In this document: piece after piece, positions 1 to 9,173 of the stretch | Position numbering within the stretch: the first letter of the stretch is position 1 | Layout of the letters: every line of letters begins with the position of its first letter | NCBI GenBank assembly: GCA_963667035.1 | Contig: OY762964.1 | Span: 2,880,001-2,944,000, forward strand | Length of the DNA stretch: 64,000 nt | DNA from: Candidatus Cloacimonadales bacterium | GTDB taxonomy: Bacteria > Cloacimonadota > Cloacimonadia > Cloacimonadales > JAFGVF01 | Direction of reading: 5' to 3' | Notes under the pieces: model-generated | Seen by the model: the letters and a program-made list of their open reading frames with translations, nothing else | What the model was told of the DNA's origin: nothing | The model's database searches: none | Translations under genes and position numbers: made by a program

Positions 1-106
1 AGCTTTTTTTTCGATTTCTATTAAATTAGGGTATTTCTAGAGGGGAGTAGCACACATTATTACAACCGGAATCTTTGAATGTTCCCCTATCATATTAAGT
101 TTGATG

Positions 107-203
107 TCTTCTTTACTGCTCCTTCATCTCTCAGCATCAATTCTTGGGAAACACCTGTGAAACACCTGTGAAACACTTGGGCAATCCTTGGGTTAATTAC
201 CAA
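107..203. repeat. Dispersed ~97-bp intergenic repeat, copy 1, containing five 11-bp tandem units
   Basis: Colinear with 32995-33091. Units at 143-197: CTTGGGAAACA, CCTGTGAAACA, CCTGTGAAACA, CTTGGGCAATC, CTTGGGTTAAT. Confidence 0.9.
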
Positions 204-610
204 CAATTTAGCAATATATGACCAACCAATTGCTAGGCTCAAACCGGTTGTTAATCGTGGGGATAGAGGGGGAGCAGATAGTTCATAAAGATATTCCCCA
301 CAATAAAGAATTGAGCTAAACTGTCAAATTTCTGTTCCTTACTCATTATTAGCTCCCCGTTAGAAACTCGTTATGGGAATCGGGAATTGGATTTGGTTTT
401 AATGAGGAGATAATCTAAACTCAACTTGTTATAAGATACCGAAAAGGAAGAACATAGCTCTAAGGGCTATATGCAAGTGGGGTACTCGCACTACAGCTTG
501 TAATTTATAATTTAGGTATTATTTTTACTGAATAGTGCATCGTCACAAAATGTTTAATTGACTAAAAGAATAATTACTCGATGTATGGTAGTATATAATA
601 AGTGTTTGGT

Positions 611-734
611 ACACTGGGTACGCCAGCATCTTGCTGGCACATACCGGGTACGCGAACATCCCTGTTCGCTATCTTCCCTATAAGATGCCGGTGGGAACTA
701 GCGTGTGCGAGCTAGAAGCTCGCGTACCCAGTGT
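611..734. repeat. Cluster of three REP-like palindromic units (two +, one -)
   Basis: Leader AYACYGGGTAC followed by 7-bp GC-rich stems: GCCAGCA-TCT-TGCTGGC (611-638), GCGAACA-TCCC-TGTTCGC (641-669), and on the minus strand GCGAGCT-TCT-AGCTCGC (707-734). Confidence 0.8.
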
Positions 735-735
735 G

Positions 736-882
736 AATTATGAAGAGATATTAGATGCAATTAGGGATGAATCACTCCAGAAGCTTGGATATTTCCTCAA
801 ACCTGAAAAGCTGTTCTCAGTAATAGCTGCTAAAGGTAACTCTGATAAAGCGGATGAAGATAACTATATCTTCCTGTATTGA
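736..882 (+). pseudogene. Remnant of type I restriction-modification M subunit (HsdM N-terminal region)
   Basis: Translation YEEILDAIRDESLQKLGYFLKPEKLFSVIAAKGN...NYI resembles the EKLGYFLKPSELFS-type segment recalled from HsdM_N. No start of its own; stops at 882. Confidence 0.6.
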
Positions 883-967
883 GTAGACTAAACTCTTAAC
901 TTATTTGTTTATTGACATACTGCCCAGATGTTTAATATTACCTTGAGTGAAGTTTTTAAGGAGTAAA

Positions 968-2107
968 ATGATTTACTTAGATAATGCGGCAACCTCATTT
1001 CCTAAAGCTCCCGGAGTTAAAGAAGCCATATTGGATTCTCTTAACCAAGCTTGTGGCAATGCCAACAGATCTTCTCATATAGCTGCTCAGAGAACTGCAA
1101 TGATTTTGTACGAATGCAGAGAATCCATTGCAAAACTATTGGGTATTCAATCAGAGGAAAGAATTGCTTTCACAATGAATGGTACAATGTCACTAAATAT
1201 GGCAATTCTAGGAAGTGTACAAAAAGGTATGAGAGTATTAACTTCCACAATTGAACATAACTCCGTTATGAGACCATTAAGACAACTAGAGACTCAAGGT
1301 GTTATAGAGCTAAATCAATTTATCTTAGACAAATCACTTCAACCTGAATGGAATTCTTTTGATAAAGCCTTATCCATGAAACCTGATATTTTAGTTGTTA
1401 CTGCCGGCTCAAACGTGATTGGCAATATAATGCCTTTGAAAGAAATTACCGATAAAGCTAAAAAGGTAGGATGCAAAGTTATTGTGGATGGAGCTCAGGC
1501 TATTGGACACATACCGCTAGACTTTAGTGAGATTAAAGCTGACATTGTATGTTTCCCCGGACACAAAGGATTGTTAGGTCCATCAGGGACAGGAGTAATT
1601 TATGTGTCCCCCGATACTAATATTAGACCGGTTTTATCGGGAGGTACGGGAAGTTTATCAGAAGACGAAATGCAACCCGACTTTTATCCCGATATGCTCG
1701 AAAGCGGAACTCATAATATATTAGGAATCTCCGGTCTTAATGCTTCTGTTAAATATATTCTCAAAGAAGGAATTGATAATATTGAGAATAAGAAGAGAAA
1801 ACTGATTAATCTATTATATAATGGATTGACTGATATAAGTGGCATTAATATTGTATCATCAAAACCGGATAGGAATTTGGGAATTGTTTCCATTCTCCCT
1901 GAAAAAGGGTCTATATCGGACTTAACGGCTTATCTGGATAGAAATAATATTGCTGTAAGAATGGGTTTACACTGTGCTCCTTCCGCTCATAAATTACTTG
2001 GTACCTTTGATGAGGGCGGCACGGTAAGATTGAGTCCCGGAGTATTTACTATAGAATCCGAGATTATCAGAACAATAGAAACTATAGAAAAATATACAAG
2101 AGGTTAA
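968..2107 (+). CDS. Cysteine desulfurase/selenocysteine lyase-like class V PLP enzyme, selenium-cluster type
   Basis: MIYLDNAATS start, DGAQ, PGHKGLLGP (PLP Lys), RMGLHCAP (catalytic Cys). ATG 968 with AGGAG RBS preferred over GTG 947. Confidence 0.9.
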   Translation: MIYLDNAATSFPKAPGVKEAILDSLNQACGNANRSSHIAAQRTAMILYECRESIAKLLGIQSEERIAFTMNGTMSLNMAILGSVQKGMRVLTSTIEHNSVMRPLRQLETQGVIELNQFILDKSLQPEWNSFDKALSMKPDILVVTAGSNVIGNIMPLKEITDKAKKVGCKVIVDGAQAIGHIPLDFSEIKADIVCFPGHKGLLGPSGTGVIYVSPDTNIRPVLSGGTGSLSEDEMQPDFYPDMLESGTHNILGISGLNASVKYILKEGIDNIENKKRKLINLLYNGLTDISGINIVSSKPDRNLGIVSILPEKGSISDLTAYLDRNNIAVRMGLHCAPSAHKLLGTFDEGGTVRLSPGVFTIESEIIRTIETIEKYTRG

Positions 2108-2108
2108 T

Positions 2109-3143
2109 TTGGATAAGATACATTTAACCAGACATACAACGGCTGCAGGCTGAGGAGCTAAGCTGGGACCGGGGGTCCTAAGCAAAGCTCTTTGCGGTTT
2201 GAAACAACCTGAATACAAAAATATGCTTGTTGATTATAAGCATTCTGACGACGCAGGAGTCTATAAAATAAGTGATGATATAGCTTTGGTTCAGACTGTT
2301 GATTTCTTTCCACCGATTGTTGATGATCCATACACATTCGGTCAGATAGCTGCAGCAAATGCACTTTCTGATATCTATGCAATGGGTGGTACTCCAATAA
2401 CAGCTCTGAGCATAGTAGCTTTTCCTGATAAAACTCTGGATATAGAAGTGCTTAGACAGATAAATGCCGGAGGATTATCAAAATTGGTGGAAGCCGGTGT
2501 GGCATTAGTTGGCGGTCATAGTATCTCCGATGAAGAACTAAAGTATGGTCTATCAGTAACCGGAACAGTACATCCTGACAAGATTAAACTCAACAACTCG
2601 TTGGAGGCAGGCGATGTTTTAATCCTAACAAAACCATTAGGAAACGGCATAATCAACACTGCAATGAAAGTTGATATGGTTTCGCAGGAAACCGTTAAAC
2701 TCTCGGAACACTACATGTGTCAGCTAAACAAAGTTGCCTCTGAAGTAGCTTCTGAATTTGAAATTCATGCTTGTACGGATATAACCGGATTCGGACTTGC
2801 AGGACATCTTTGTGAGATGCTGGATGAAAGTAATCTTGGTGTAGAGATTGATTTTAAATCTCTTCAGCTTCTTCCTGAAACACTGGAAATGGCTGAAATG
2901 GTTATGGTACCCGGTGGAACATATAGAAACAAGACTTACAGAAAAGAAATGATTGTAGATTTTGATTCAATTAAACCCGAGTATCTGGATATAGTCTTTG
3001 ATCCCCAAACTTCCGGAGGTTTGATATTCTCACTTGAAGCAAACAATGCCGAGTTATTATTAAAAGCCCTGAAAGCTAATGAAATTGATGCTTTCTATGT
3101 AGGTAAATGTGTAGATAACTTTAGAGGAATAAAGATTATTTGA
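2109..3143 (+). CDS. selD: Selenide,water dikinase (selenophosphate synthetase), selenoprotein with UGA at codon 15
   Basis: TTG 2109 reads MDKIHLTRHTTAAG-U-GAKLGP in frame with ORF 2199-3143. TGA 2151-2153 sits at the catalytic C/U-x-x-K position. Also DDAGVY, TVDFFPPIVDDP, ANALSDIYAMGG, TDITGFGL, DPQTSGGL. Confidence 0.96.
2154..2190 (+). promoter_or_regulatory. Bacterial SECIS-like hairpin
   Basis: Directly after the UGA: outer GAGCT/AGCTC (2155-2159/2186-2190), inner GGACC-GGG-GGTCC (2166-2178). G-rich loop 17 nt downstream of the UGA. Confidence 0.8.
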
Positions 3144-3397
3144 TGGATATTGTTATAACCTTTAAATCAACCCATGAAGCAATGAAAGCAAAGAAACATG
3201 TCATAGTCCAACCATTAGAAGGTGAGATTATACCAACACCAAGAGAGATAAGTAAAGAATGTGGCTTTGCAATATTAGTAAAAAACTCTTCTGCCGATAA
3301 GGTAATGAAGTTTTTTGAAGACAACAGGCTTATCTATAGTCATATATATGAAGTAATAAATGAAGGAGGTAAGAAACGTTATGAAGAAAACAATTGA
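3143..3397 (+). CDS. DUF3343-like putative Se/S carrier protein
   Basis: TFxSTHEAMKA and IPTPREISKECG motifs. TGATG overlap with the selD stop. Confidence 0.8.
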   Translation: MDIVITFKSTHEAMKAKKHVIVQPLEGEIIPTPREISKECGFAILVKNSSADKVMKFFEDNRLIYSHIYEVINEGGKKRYEENN

Positions 3398-3986
3398 TAC
3401 ATCGGGACTTGAATGCCCTAAACCTGTATTGAAAACTAAGGAAGCTTTATCCGATGGAATCGAAGAGCTGATTGTGATTGTTGATAATCCCGCAGCAAAA
3501 GAGAATGTGAGTCGATTTGTTGAGAAACAAGGTTATAGCATTCAAGATGTAAAATCTATTGGAAGTAAATTTGAGATTCACGTTAAAGGTCATGGGGATT
3601 CAAATGCCGAAGCTTTTAATGAAGATGATTACCAGTGTGCTATACCAATATCAAACGGTAAAGCTGTATTTATAAATAGTAACTGTGTAGGACGTGGTGA
3701 TGATGAGCTCGGTAAAAATCTTATGAAAGCCTTTATCTTCTCATTAAACGAAGTGGATAATATACCTGAGTCGATTCTCTTTATGAATTCAGGAGTCAAA
3801 CTATGTGTTGAAGGAGCCGAGACCTTAGAGAATCTCCAAAACCTTGAAAGCAAGGGAATTGAAATACTGGTATGTGGAACATGTTTGAACTTCTTTGGTA
3901 TAGCAGAGAAACTGAAAGTCGGGAAAGTTTCCAATATGTATGACATTGCCTCAGTTCTGACATCAAAGGCCACTCTTACCATATAA
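3381..3986 (+). CDS. yedF: Sulfurtransferase-like selenium metabolism protein (TusA/SirA + DsrE-like domains)
   Basis: IDTSGLECPKPV N-domain; GRGDDELG, FMNSGV, CGTCL, GKVSNMYDI C-domain. ATG 3381 after GGAGG. Confidence 0.88.
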   Translation: MKKTIDTSGLECPKPVLKTKEALSDGIEELIVIVDNPAAKENVSRFVEKQGYSIQDVKSIGSKFEIHVKGHGDSNAEAFNEDDYQCAIPISNGKAVFINSNCVGRGDDELGKNLMKAFIFSLNEVDNIPESILFMNSGVKLCVEGAETLENLQNLESKGIEILVCGTCLNFFGIAEKLKVGKVSNMYDIASVLTSKATLTI

Positions 3987-4693
3987 TGAGATTCAGATTC
4001 AATGAAGCGGCAATTATAATAGTTGCTTTCATATTTATAATACCATTGCTGTTAGGAAAATCAAGCATAGTTTTTATCGCTATGCTTATCATTTCGCAGT
4101 TGTTTCTTTTACTTCACGGAAAACCTAACTCCGGTCTTTTTTTGAAGCTTTTCCTGTTGCTGATGATTCCAACAATATCAGTGTTTATCACAGCTATAGT
4201 AAATACTGCAGATAAAGAGCAATCAGAAGTAGTCTACAGGATTGCTAATTATCCTATCTACAAGTTAGCTTTTGATAATGCTATTCACCTGACATTAAGA
4301 AGTTTCTGCATGTCAATCATCTCACTAACATATGTAACATCAATTAAGTACAACAAGCTTGTGCTTTCTTTAATGCAAAACTTCAAAATGCACACAAATA
4401 TAGGATACTCTTTACTTGCTGCTTTCAACGCTTTTTACCACCTGAAATCAGAATTTTATAGAATTAAGCTTATAAATAAATTCCGTTCCGGTAAAAACGT
4501 AAACTCAATTAAGATGCTGTTTCCACTCTTAGTGAGTGCAGGAAGATATTCTTCTCAAGCAGGACTAAGTCTAGCTTCCAGAGGATTAAATAAAGATAAA
4601 ACCTTTCTAATTGAAGTAAAATGGAGAATTACAGACACTTTATTGATAAGCATTGCAATATTATCTACAATTGCAATACTGTTATTGTTTTAA
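3986..4693 (+). CDS. Energy-coupling factor transporter T component (CbiQ/EcfT family)
   Basis: Hydrophobic N-half and two Arg-containing coupling motifs (KFRSG, LASRG). TAATG overlap with yedF. Confidence 0.75.
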   Translation: MRFRFNEAAIIIVAFIFIIPLLLGKSSIVFIAMLIISQLFLLLHGKPNSGLFLKLFLLLMIPTISVFITAIVNTADKEQSEVVYRIANYPIYKLAFDNAIHLTLRSFCMSIISLTYVTSIKYNKLVLSLMQNFKMHTNIGYSLLAAFNAFYHLKSEFYRIKLINKFRSGKNVNSIKMLFPLLVSAGRYSSQAGLSLASRGLNKDKTFLIEVKWRITDTLLISIAILSTIAILLLF

Positions 4694-4703
4694 GAGGTGA
4701 ATA

Positions 4704-5258
4704 ATGAAAATTTTAGCTATAAACGGAAGCCCAAGAAAAGACGGAAACACCGCATCCATACTCAAATCAATACTAAATGTAGCTTCAGACAATGGGAATG
4801 AAGTAGAAATAGTTAACATATATGATTTGGATTTAAAAGGTTGTCTTGGATGCAACAAGTGTAAAAATGAAAAGAAAAGATTCTGCGTTATAGATGATGG
4901 ATTACAATCTGTATATCCTAAGATAGTCGAATCAGATGTATTAGTTTTCGGATCACCGATATATATTGGACACGTAACCGGGCCAATGAAGATATTCATT
5001 GATAGATTATATACCTTTGGGAAAGTAGATTACACAATGACACATCTGCCGGGTAAAAAGTTCGTTACGGTTCTGACGTCTGGAGCACCAAAAGACACTT
5101 ATAAAGCAGTTGAAGAGTATCTGCAGTCCTGGTTTATAAAGTTTTTCAAAATGGAAGATGCAGGATCAATTATTGCCGGTTCGATGATAAATCAAAGTGA
5201 TGCAAAGAATAATAAAGAGCTTCTTTTAAAGGCAAAGGAGATTGCTGAAAAATTATAG
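4704..5258 (+). CDS. Iron-sulfur flavoprotein/multimeric flavodoxin family protein
   Basis: INGSPRKDGNT FMN loop, CLGCNKC...C cysteine cluster, GSPIY, KIFIDR. Confidence 0.88.
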   Translation: MKILAINGSPRKDGNTASILKSILNVASDNGNEVEIVNIYDLDLKGCLGCNKCKNEKKRFCVIDDGLQSVYPKIVESDVLVFGSPIYIGHVTGPMKIFIDRLYTFGKVDYTMTHLPGKKFVTVLTSGAPKDTYKAVEEYLQSWFIKFFKMEDAGSIIAGSMINQSDAKNNKELLLKAKEIAEKL

Positions 5259-5296
5259 AATTGTAACTGATTGTAGTTGTTAAAGTTATTATTTTT

Positions 5297-6764
5297 CAAG
5301 CATCCCCCCGAAATTTAGAATAATGGTCATAATAAGTGACTGAAAAAGTGGTAATTTAAGTATAAAAATAGTCAAGAAAAAGCTTGAAAAGAGTGAGTCC
5401 CTATTTATTGTTGTTACGCTTAAAATAAAACAAAAGGAACTCACTATATGGAACTATCAATAATAAAAAAGCATAATCTGCAAGCTAAATTTTCAAAATT
5501 CATCAACAAAGTCACACATAGCTGTACTATCAAAGAGAAGAAATTTGTAAAAGAGCTTGTCAGTGGCATTTTGAAATCCGGTAGTTGTATAATCAGAAGG
5601 ATTGCAATGAGCCATGAAGTGAATATCTCATTAGAAAAGCTCTGCGAACGATATCGTCGTCATTTATCAAAACCTGAGTTGTACAAAAATCTATCAAATA
5701 TTCATCTGATTTGTGAAAGCAAGAAGATAGCATCTTATGACCTGATAGTCATTGATCCCAGCGACATAATGAAAAGCCATTCAAAGAAGATGGAAGGATT
5801 AACCAGAGTTAGAGACGGCAGTACAGGCGAGTGGTGTAACGGTTATGAAGTATTAGATATAATCAGAGTATCAAAAGAAGGTCATTCGCTTGAGATACGT
5901 CCTCTTGTGTCTGAATTGCATACTAACGACGAAGATCCGGGCATACTGAAACAGTCTGTGTTTGATCGGATCAATGATATTCAGGTGTATTCAGGAAATA
6001 AAGGGATATATGTAATGGATAGAGGTTATGATGATAAGGTAGTAATCAACTATTTAACAGAGAATGAGGCTTCATATATCATTCGCGTCAAAGGTAATCG
6101 TAACCTTTATGTAAATGGTAAGGAAATATCATTTAAGAAAGCTACTAAACATGTGAAATTGAAGTATAGAATCCAATCCGGTAATGCAACTCTTATCGCC
6201 GGAGTAATCAGAGTTGGAGTGCCAGTTGATGCTCATCACAAGAAAAAGGCAACACTTGTTTATTCTAACCTTGTCGTTGCCCGTTATATTAAGAAAGACG
6301 AATCAGGAAAAGATTGCCTCAAAGGTTTTTTCTATTTGAACTGTGATTTTCCAAATCGAGACCTTAGTGATTTGGAGTTGATAACAACTGCAATAAGAGG
6401 GTATCGTCTCCGCTGGAAAGTAGAAGAAGTACACCGTCATGTGAAGCAGGAGTATTCGTGGGAAGATATGCAGGTTATGACATTGGACAGGTTAAGAAAT
6501 CTGAACTGCATGTTATTATTGGCAGTCAGTTATCTTTATTCTTTGGATAAGTATCGATACGACTTTGCGGAAATGTATCAACACATTATGCTTAGTAAAA
6601 AGAGTAATCTAAAGGAATTATGTAAGTTTATCTACTACAGACTATCGGTTGTTGTTAAAAATCTATTCAGAGATTGGAAGCATTACTTTGTTCCAAAGTA
6701 TCAAGGTTGTCATGCAGAATGGGAGCAGATGACATGCTTATGATAAAAAACGGGGGGATGCCAG
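5297..6764 (+). mobile_element. IS4-family insertion sequence, full-length copy (1468 bp)
   Basis: Terminal IRs CAAGCATCCCCCCG (5297-5310) and CGGGGGGATGCCAG (6751-6764). 10-bp target duplication TATTATTTTT at 5287-5296 and 6765-6774. Second copy at 53899-55135. Confidence 0.93.
5448..6743 (+). CDS. IS4-family DDE transposase
   Basis: DPSD, DRGY and YRLRWKVEEVHRHVK, which fits the Y-2-R-3-E-6-K (YREK) signature. Confidence 0.92.
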   Translation: MELSIIKKHNLQAKFSKFINKVTHSCTIKEKKFVKELVSGILKSGSCIIRRIAMSHEVNISLEKLCERYRRHLSKPELYKNLSNIHLICESKKIASYDLIVIDPSDIMKSHSKKMEGLTRVRDGSTGEWCNGYEVLDIIRVSKEGHSLEIRPLVSELHTNDEDPGILKQSVFDRINDIQVYSGNKGIYVMDRGYDDKVVINYLTENEASYIIRVKGNRNLYVNGKEISFKKATKHVKLKYRIQSGNATLIAGVIRVGVPVDAHHKKKATLVYSNLVVARYIKKDESGKDCLKGFFYLNCDFPNRDLSDLELITTAIRGYRLRWKVEEVHRHVKQEYSWEDMQVMTLDRLRNLNCMLLLAVSYLYSLDKYRYDFAEMYQHIMLSKKSNLKELCKFIYYRLSVVVKNLFRDWKHYFVPKYQGCHAEWEQMTCL

Positions 6765-6847
6765 TATTATTTTTTACTTGACACCCGTCCTTGATAACGG
6801 AATTTGTACAATCTCTATAAAACATGATTATTTTAAGGAGTATATAA

Positions 6848-6982
6848 ATGAAGAGAACATATCAACCACACAACAGAAAAAGAAAAAACAAACACGGTTT
6901 CCGTGAAAGAATGAGTACAGCTGCCGGTCGCAAAGTCTTAAGTAGAAGACGTGCTAAAGGTAGAAAAAGTCTTACTGTATAA
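6848..6982 (+). CDS. rpmH: 50S ribosomal protein L34 (below the ORF-track length cutoff)
   Basis: [53 protein letters not shown], directly upstream of rnpA. Confidence 0.98.
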   Translation: MKRTYQPHNRKRKNKHGFRERMSTAAGRKVLSRRRAKGRKSLTV

Positions 6983-6990
6983 TTTTATTA

Positions 6991-7320
6991 ATGCATTTTT
7001 TAAAGAAGAGGAGCGAATATCTTCTATTCCATAATTGTGATAAGACTATTCGTTCCCAATTCTTTATTTTAGCAATTTTAGAAAATCGAGAGCAAGCTGA
7101 TTTTTCACTCGGTATAACCGTAAGTAAAAAAGTAGGAAATGCAGTCACAAGGAACCTGGTTAAAAGAAGAGTAAAAGCTTGGTTGCGTGAGACAAAGAAA
7201 ACCTTTCCGGTAAATACAGCAGTAAACATTATAGCTCTCAACAAAGTCAGTAGTGCTTGTTGGAATAATCTATATGATGATTTGGAAAAGCTTTTTAAAC
7301 GTTTAAGTCCAGGTGTATGA
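6991..7320 (+). CDS. rnpA: Ribonuclease P protein component
   Basis: GITVSKKVGNAVTRNLVKRR motif; synteny. Confidence 0.96.
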   Translation: MHFLKKRSEYLLFHNCDKTIRSQFFILAILENREQADFSLGITVSKKVGNAVTRNLVKRRVKAWLRETKKTFPVNTAVNIIALNKVSSACWNNLYDDLEKLFKRLSPGV

Positions 7321-7539
7321 ATGAGAATCATTAATAACCTGTTCATCTTTTTTATAATTATATATAAACGTTTTTTCTCCCCTATATTACCACCTTCATG
7401 CAGATTTACACCAACATGTAGCACCTATTCCTTACAAGCTTTCAGGAAATACAACTTTTTTAAAGCGTTATACTTATCAATAAGACGCATTCTTAAATGT
7501 CACCCATTTCATCCGGGCGGTTTTGACCCGTTACCCTAA
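7321..7539 (+). CDS. yidD: Membrane protein insertion efficiency factor
   Basis: [10 protein letters not shown] and [17 protein letters not shown] motifs. Confidence 0.96.
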   Translation: MRIINNLFIFFIIIYKRFFSPILPPSCRFTPTCSTYSLQAFRKYNFFKALYLSIRRILKCHPFHPGGFDPLP

Positions 7540-7559
7540 TTTTATGCAGGAGTATTATT

Positions 7560-9167
7560 TTGGAAAAACGAACTTTATTAGCCATTCTTATAATGGTAGT
7601 ACTATATTATGTAAGCACTCAATTCATTTGGAAGAATAAAGCACAGCCGATAACTCAGAATTCGGCTATAGAAACCGAGGTAATCACGGAGAAAGCAGAA
7701 ACTCCGGTCGTGCCTACCAACACTGAAGAGATTACAATACAAACAGACCAAGGAATTGAGATTTCCAATGATATTTTTATTGAAAATAATAAAATGAAAG
7801 TCTATTTCTCCAACCAAGGAGCAACAATACAGAAAGTATATCTAAATGATTTCCATTTAAGTGACGATACTCCGGTGCAATTGATACCGGAAAATTCAGA
7901 GCTATCCGGAATCACATTGATCACCGATAAAGGTGTTACTTCTTTATCTGACCTAGTGTTTAAGCATAGCATTGCAGATAGAAGTAATTCAGTGACCTTC
8001 TATTTGGAGAATGAGAATACACGTATCTTTGAAAAAACCTATACAATTATGGATAACTACTCTATAGGCATGTCTATCAATATGAATAGTATGGCCTCTG
8101 TTCAAGGTTATGATATTGATATGGGAAGTGGAATAAAAGATACAGAGAATTATGTAAAAAACAAGCGCATGGACTACAAATTCATAGCTCAGATTAACAA
8201 TGCTATGGAATCTCTAACCTTAAGCAGAATCAAAGCTATCAAGGAATATTCCGGTAAAACTGATTGGGCAGTAACGAGATCTAAGTATTTCTTGTATGGA
8301 ATCATTCCCGATAAGGCAATCCAGTCAAATCAGGTTACTGCTTTTAAAGAGAATGAAAGTCCCGCCTTTGTTTTAAAGATCCGAAATGTTGATTACAGTA
8401 GAAGTTTAGCAGATGATTACAGACTCTATTTTGGACCCTCAGATATTGATGAATTGAAAAAGTTTAATGTTGGTATTGATGCAGTTGTTGAAAGGGGTTA
8501 CAAGTGGTTAAAGCCACTGGCAGGTGTATTTGCTACATTCTTGAAATGGTTGCATAAATATATACCAAACTATGGTATAGTGTTAATCATATTAGCTATT
8601 CTACTTAAAGTTGTACTCTATCCTCTAACTCATAAGAGTTTTGAATCAGGACAGAAAATGCAGAAAGTTCAACCACTAATCAAAGACGTTCAAGCTCGTT
8701 ATAAAAATGACCCTAAGAGATTACAGGAAGAGCTCCAAAAGGTCTATAAAGAGAATGGCGTGTCTCCATTCGGTGGTTGTCTACCCTTAATTTTACAAAT
8801 GCCAATTTTCATCGCCCTTTATAATGTACTTCGCTATTCCCTTGATATGCGTCAGGCCGGCTTCGTAGGTTATATAACCGATCTTTCCGAACCTGACAAA
8901 TTCTACATCCTGCCAATAATAATGGCAGTAATGATGTTCCTTCAACAGAAAATGATGACCCCTCAGCCAATACAGAACGAAAAAGGTGAGGTGGACGAAA
9001 AGCAGGCAGCTATGATGCAGTCTCAGAAAATGATGTTATACGTTATGCCTATCATGATGTTTGTTGTTTTCCGTAACATGCCTGCAGGTCTAGTATTATA
9101 TTGGACCACTATGAACATTCTTTCAATTGTTCAGCAATTCTACATTAAAAAACGATTACAGGGATAG
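7560..9167 (+). CDS. yidC: Membrane protein insertase with periplasmic domain
   Basis: N-terminal anchor, NYGIVLI, GGCLPLILQMPIF, PAGLVLYW. Confidence 0.96.
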   Translation: MEKRTLLAILIMVVLYYVSTQFIWKNKAQPITQNSAIETEVITEKAETPVVPTNTEEITIQTDQGIEISNDIFIENNKMKVYFSNQGATIQKVYLNDFHLSDDTPVQLIPENSELSGITLITDKGVTSLSDLVFKHSIADRSNSVTFYLENENTRIFEKTYTIMDNYSIGMSINMNSMASVQGYDIDMGSGIKDTENYVKNKRMDYKFIAQINNAMESLTLSRIKAIKEYSGKTDWAVTRSKYFLYGIIPDKAIQSNQVTAFKENESPAFVLKIRNVDYSRSLADDYRLYFGPSDIDELKKFNVGIDAVVERGYKWLKPLAGVFATFLKWLHKYIPNYGIVLIILAILLKVVLYPLTHKSFESGQKMQKVQPLIKDVQARYKNDPKRLQEELQKVYKENGVSPFGGCLPLILQMPIFIALYNVLRYSLDMRQAGFVGYITDLSEPDKFYILPIIMAVMMFLQQKMMTPQPIQNEKGEVDEKQAAMMQSQKMMLYVMPIMMFVVFRNMPAGLVLYWTTMNILSIVQQFYIKKRLQG

Positions 9168-9173
9168 CACTAT

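Noticed and set aside
143..197. CRISPR array from the tandem units (also 33031-33085)
   Set aside because: Units are 11 bp and abut without spacers; no cas genes in the window.
631..882. 83-aa ORF as a real gene
   Set aside because: The N-terminal part is translated palindromic repeat with no RBS; only the tail looks protein-like (hsdM remnant).
6765..6847. oriC next to rpmH
   Set aside because: No dnaA and no cluster of TTATCCACA-like boxes seen.
7318..7323. Sec read-through fusing RnpA to YidD (in-frame TGA-ATG)
   Set aside because: No SECIS-like hairpin follows, both proteins are of normal length, and the position is not a Cys-equivalent site.
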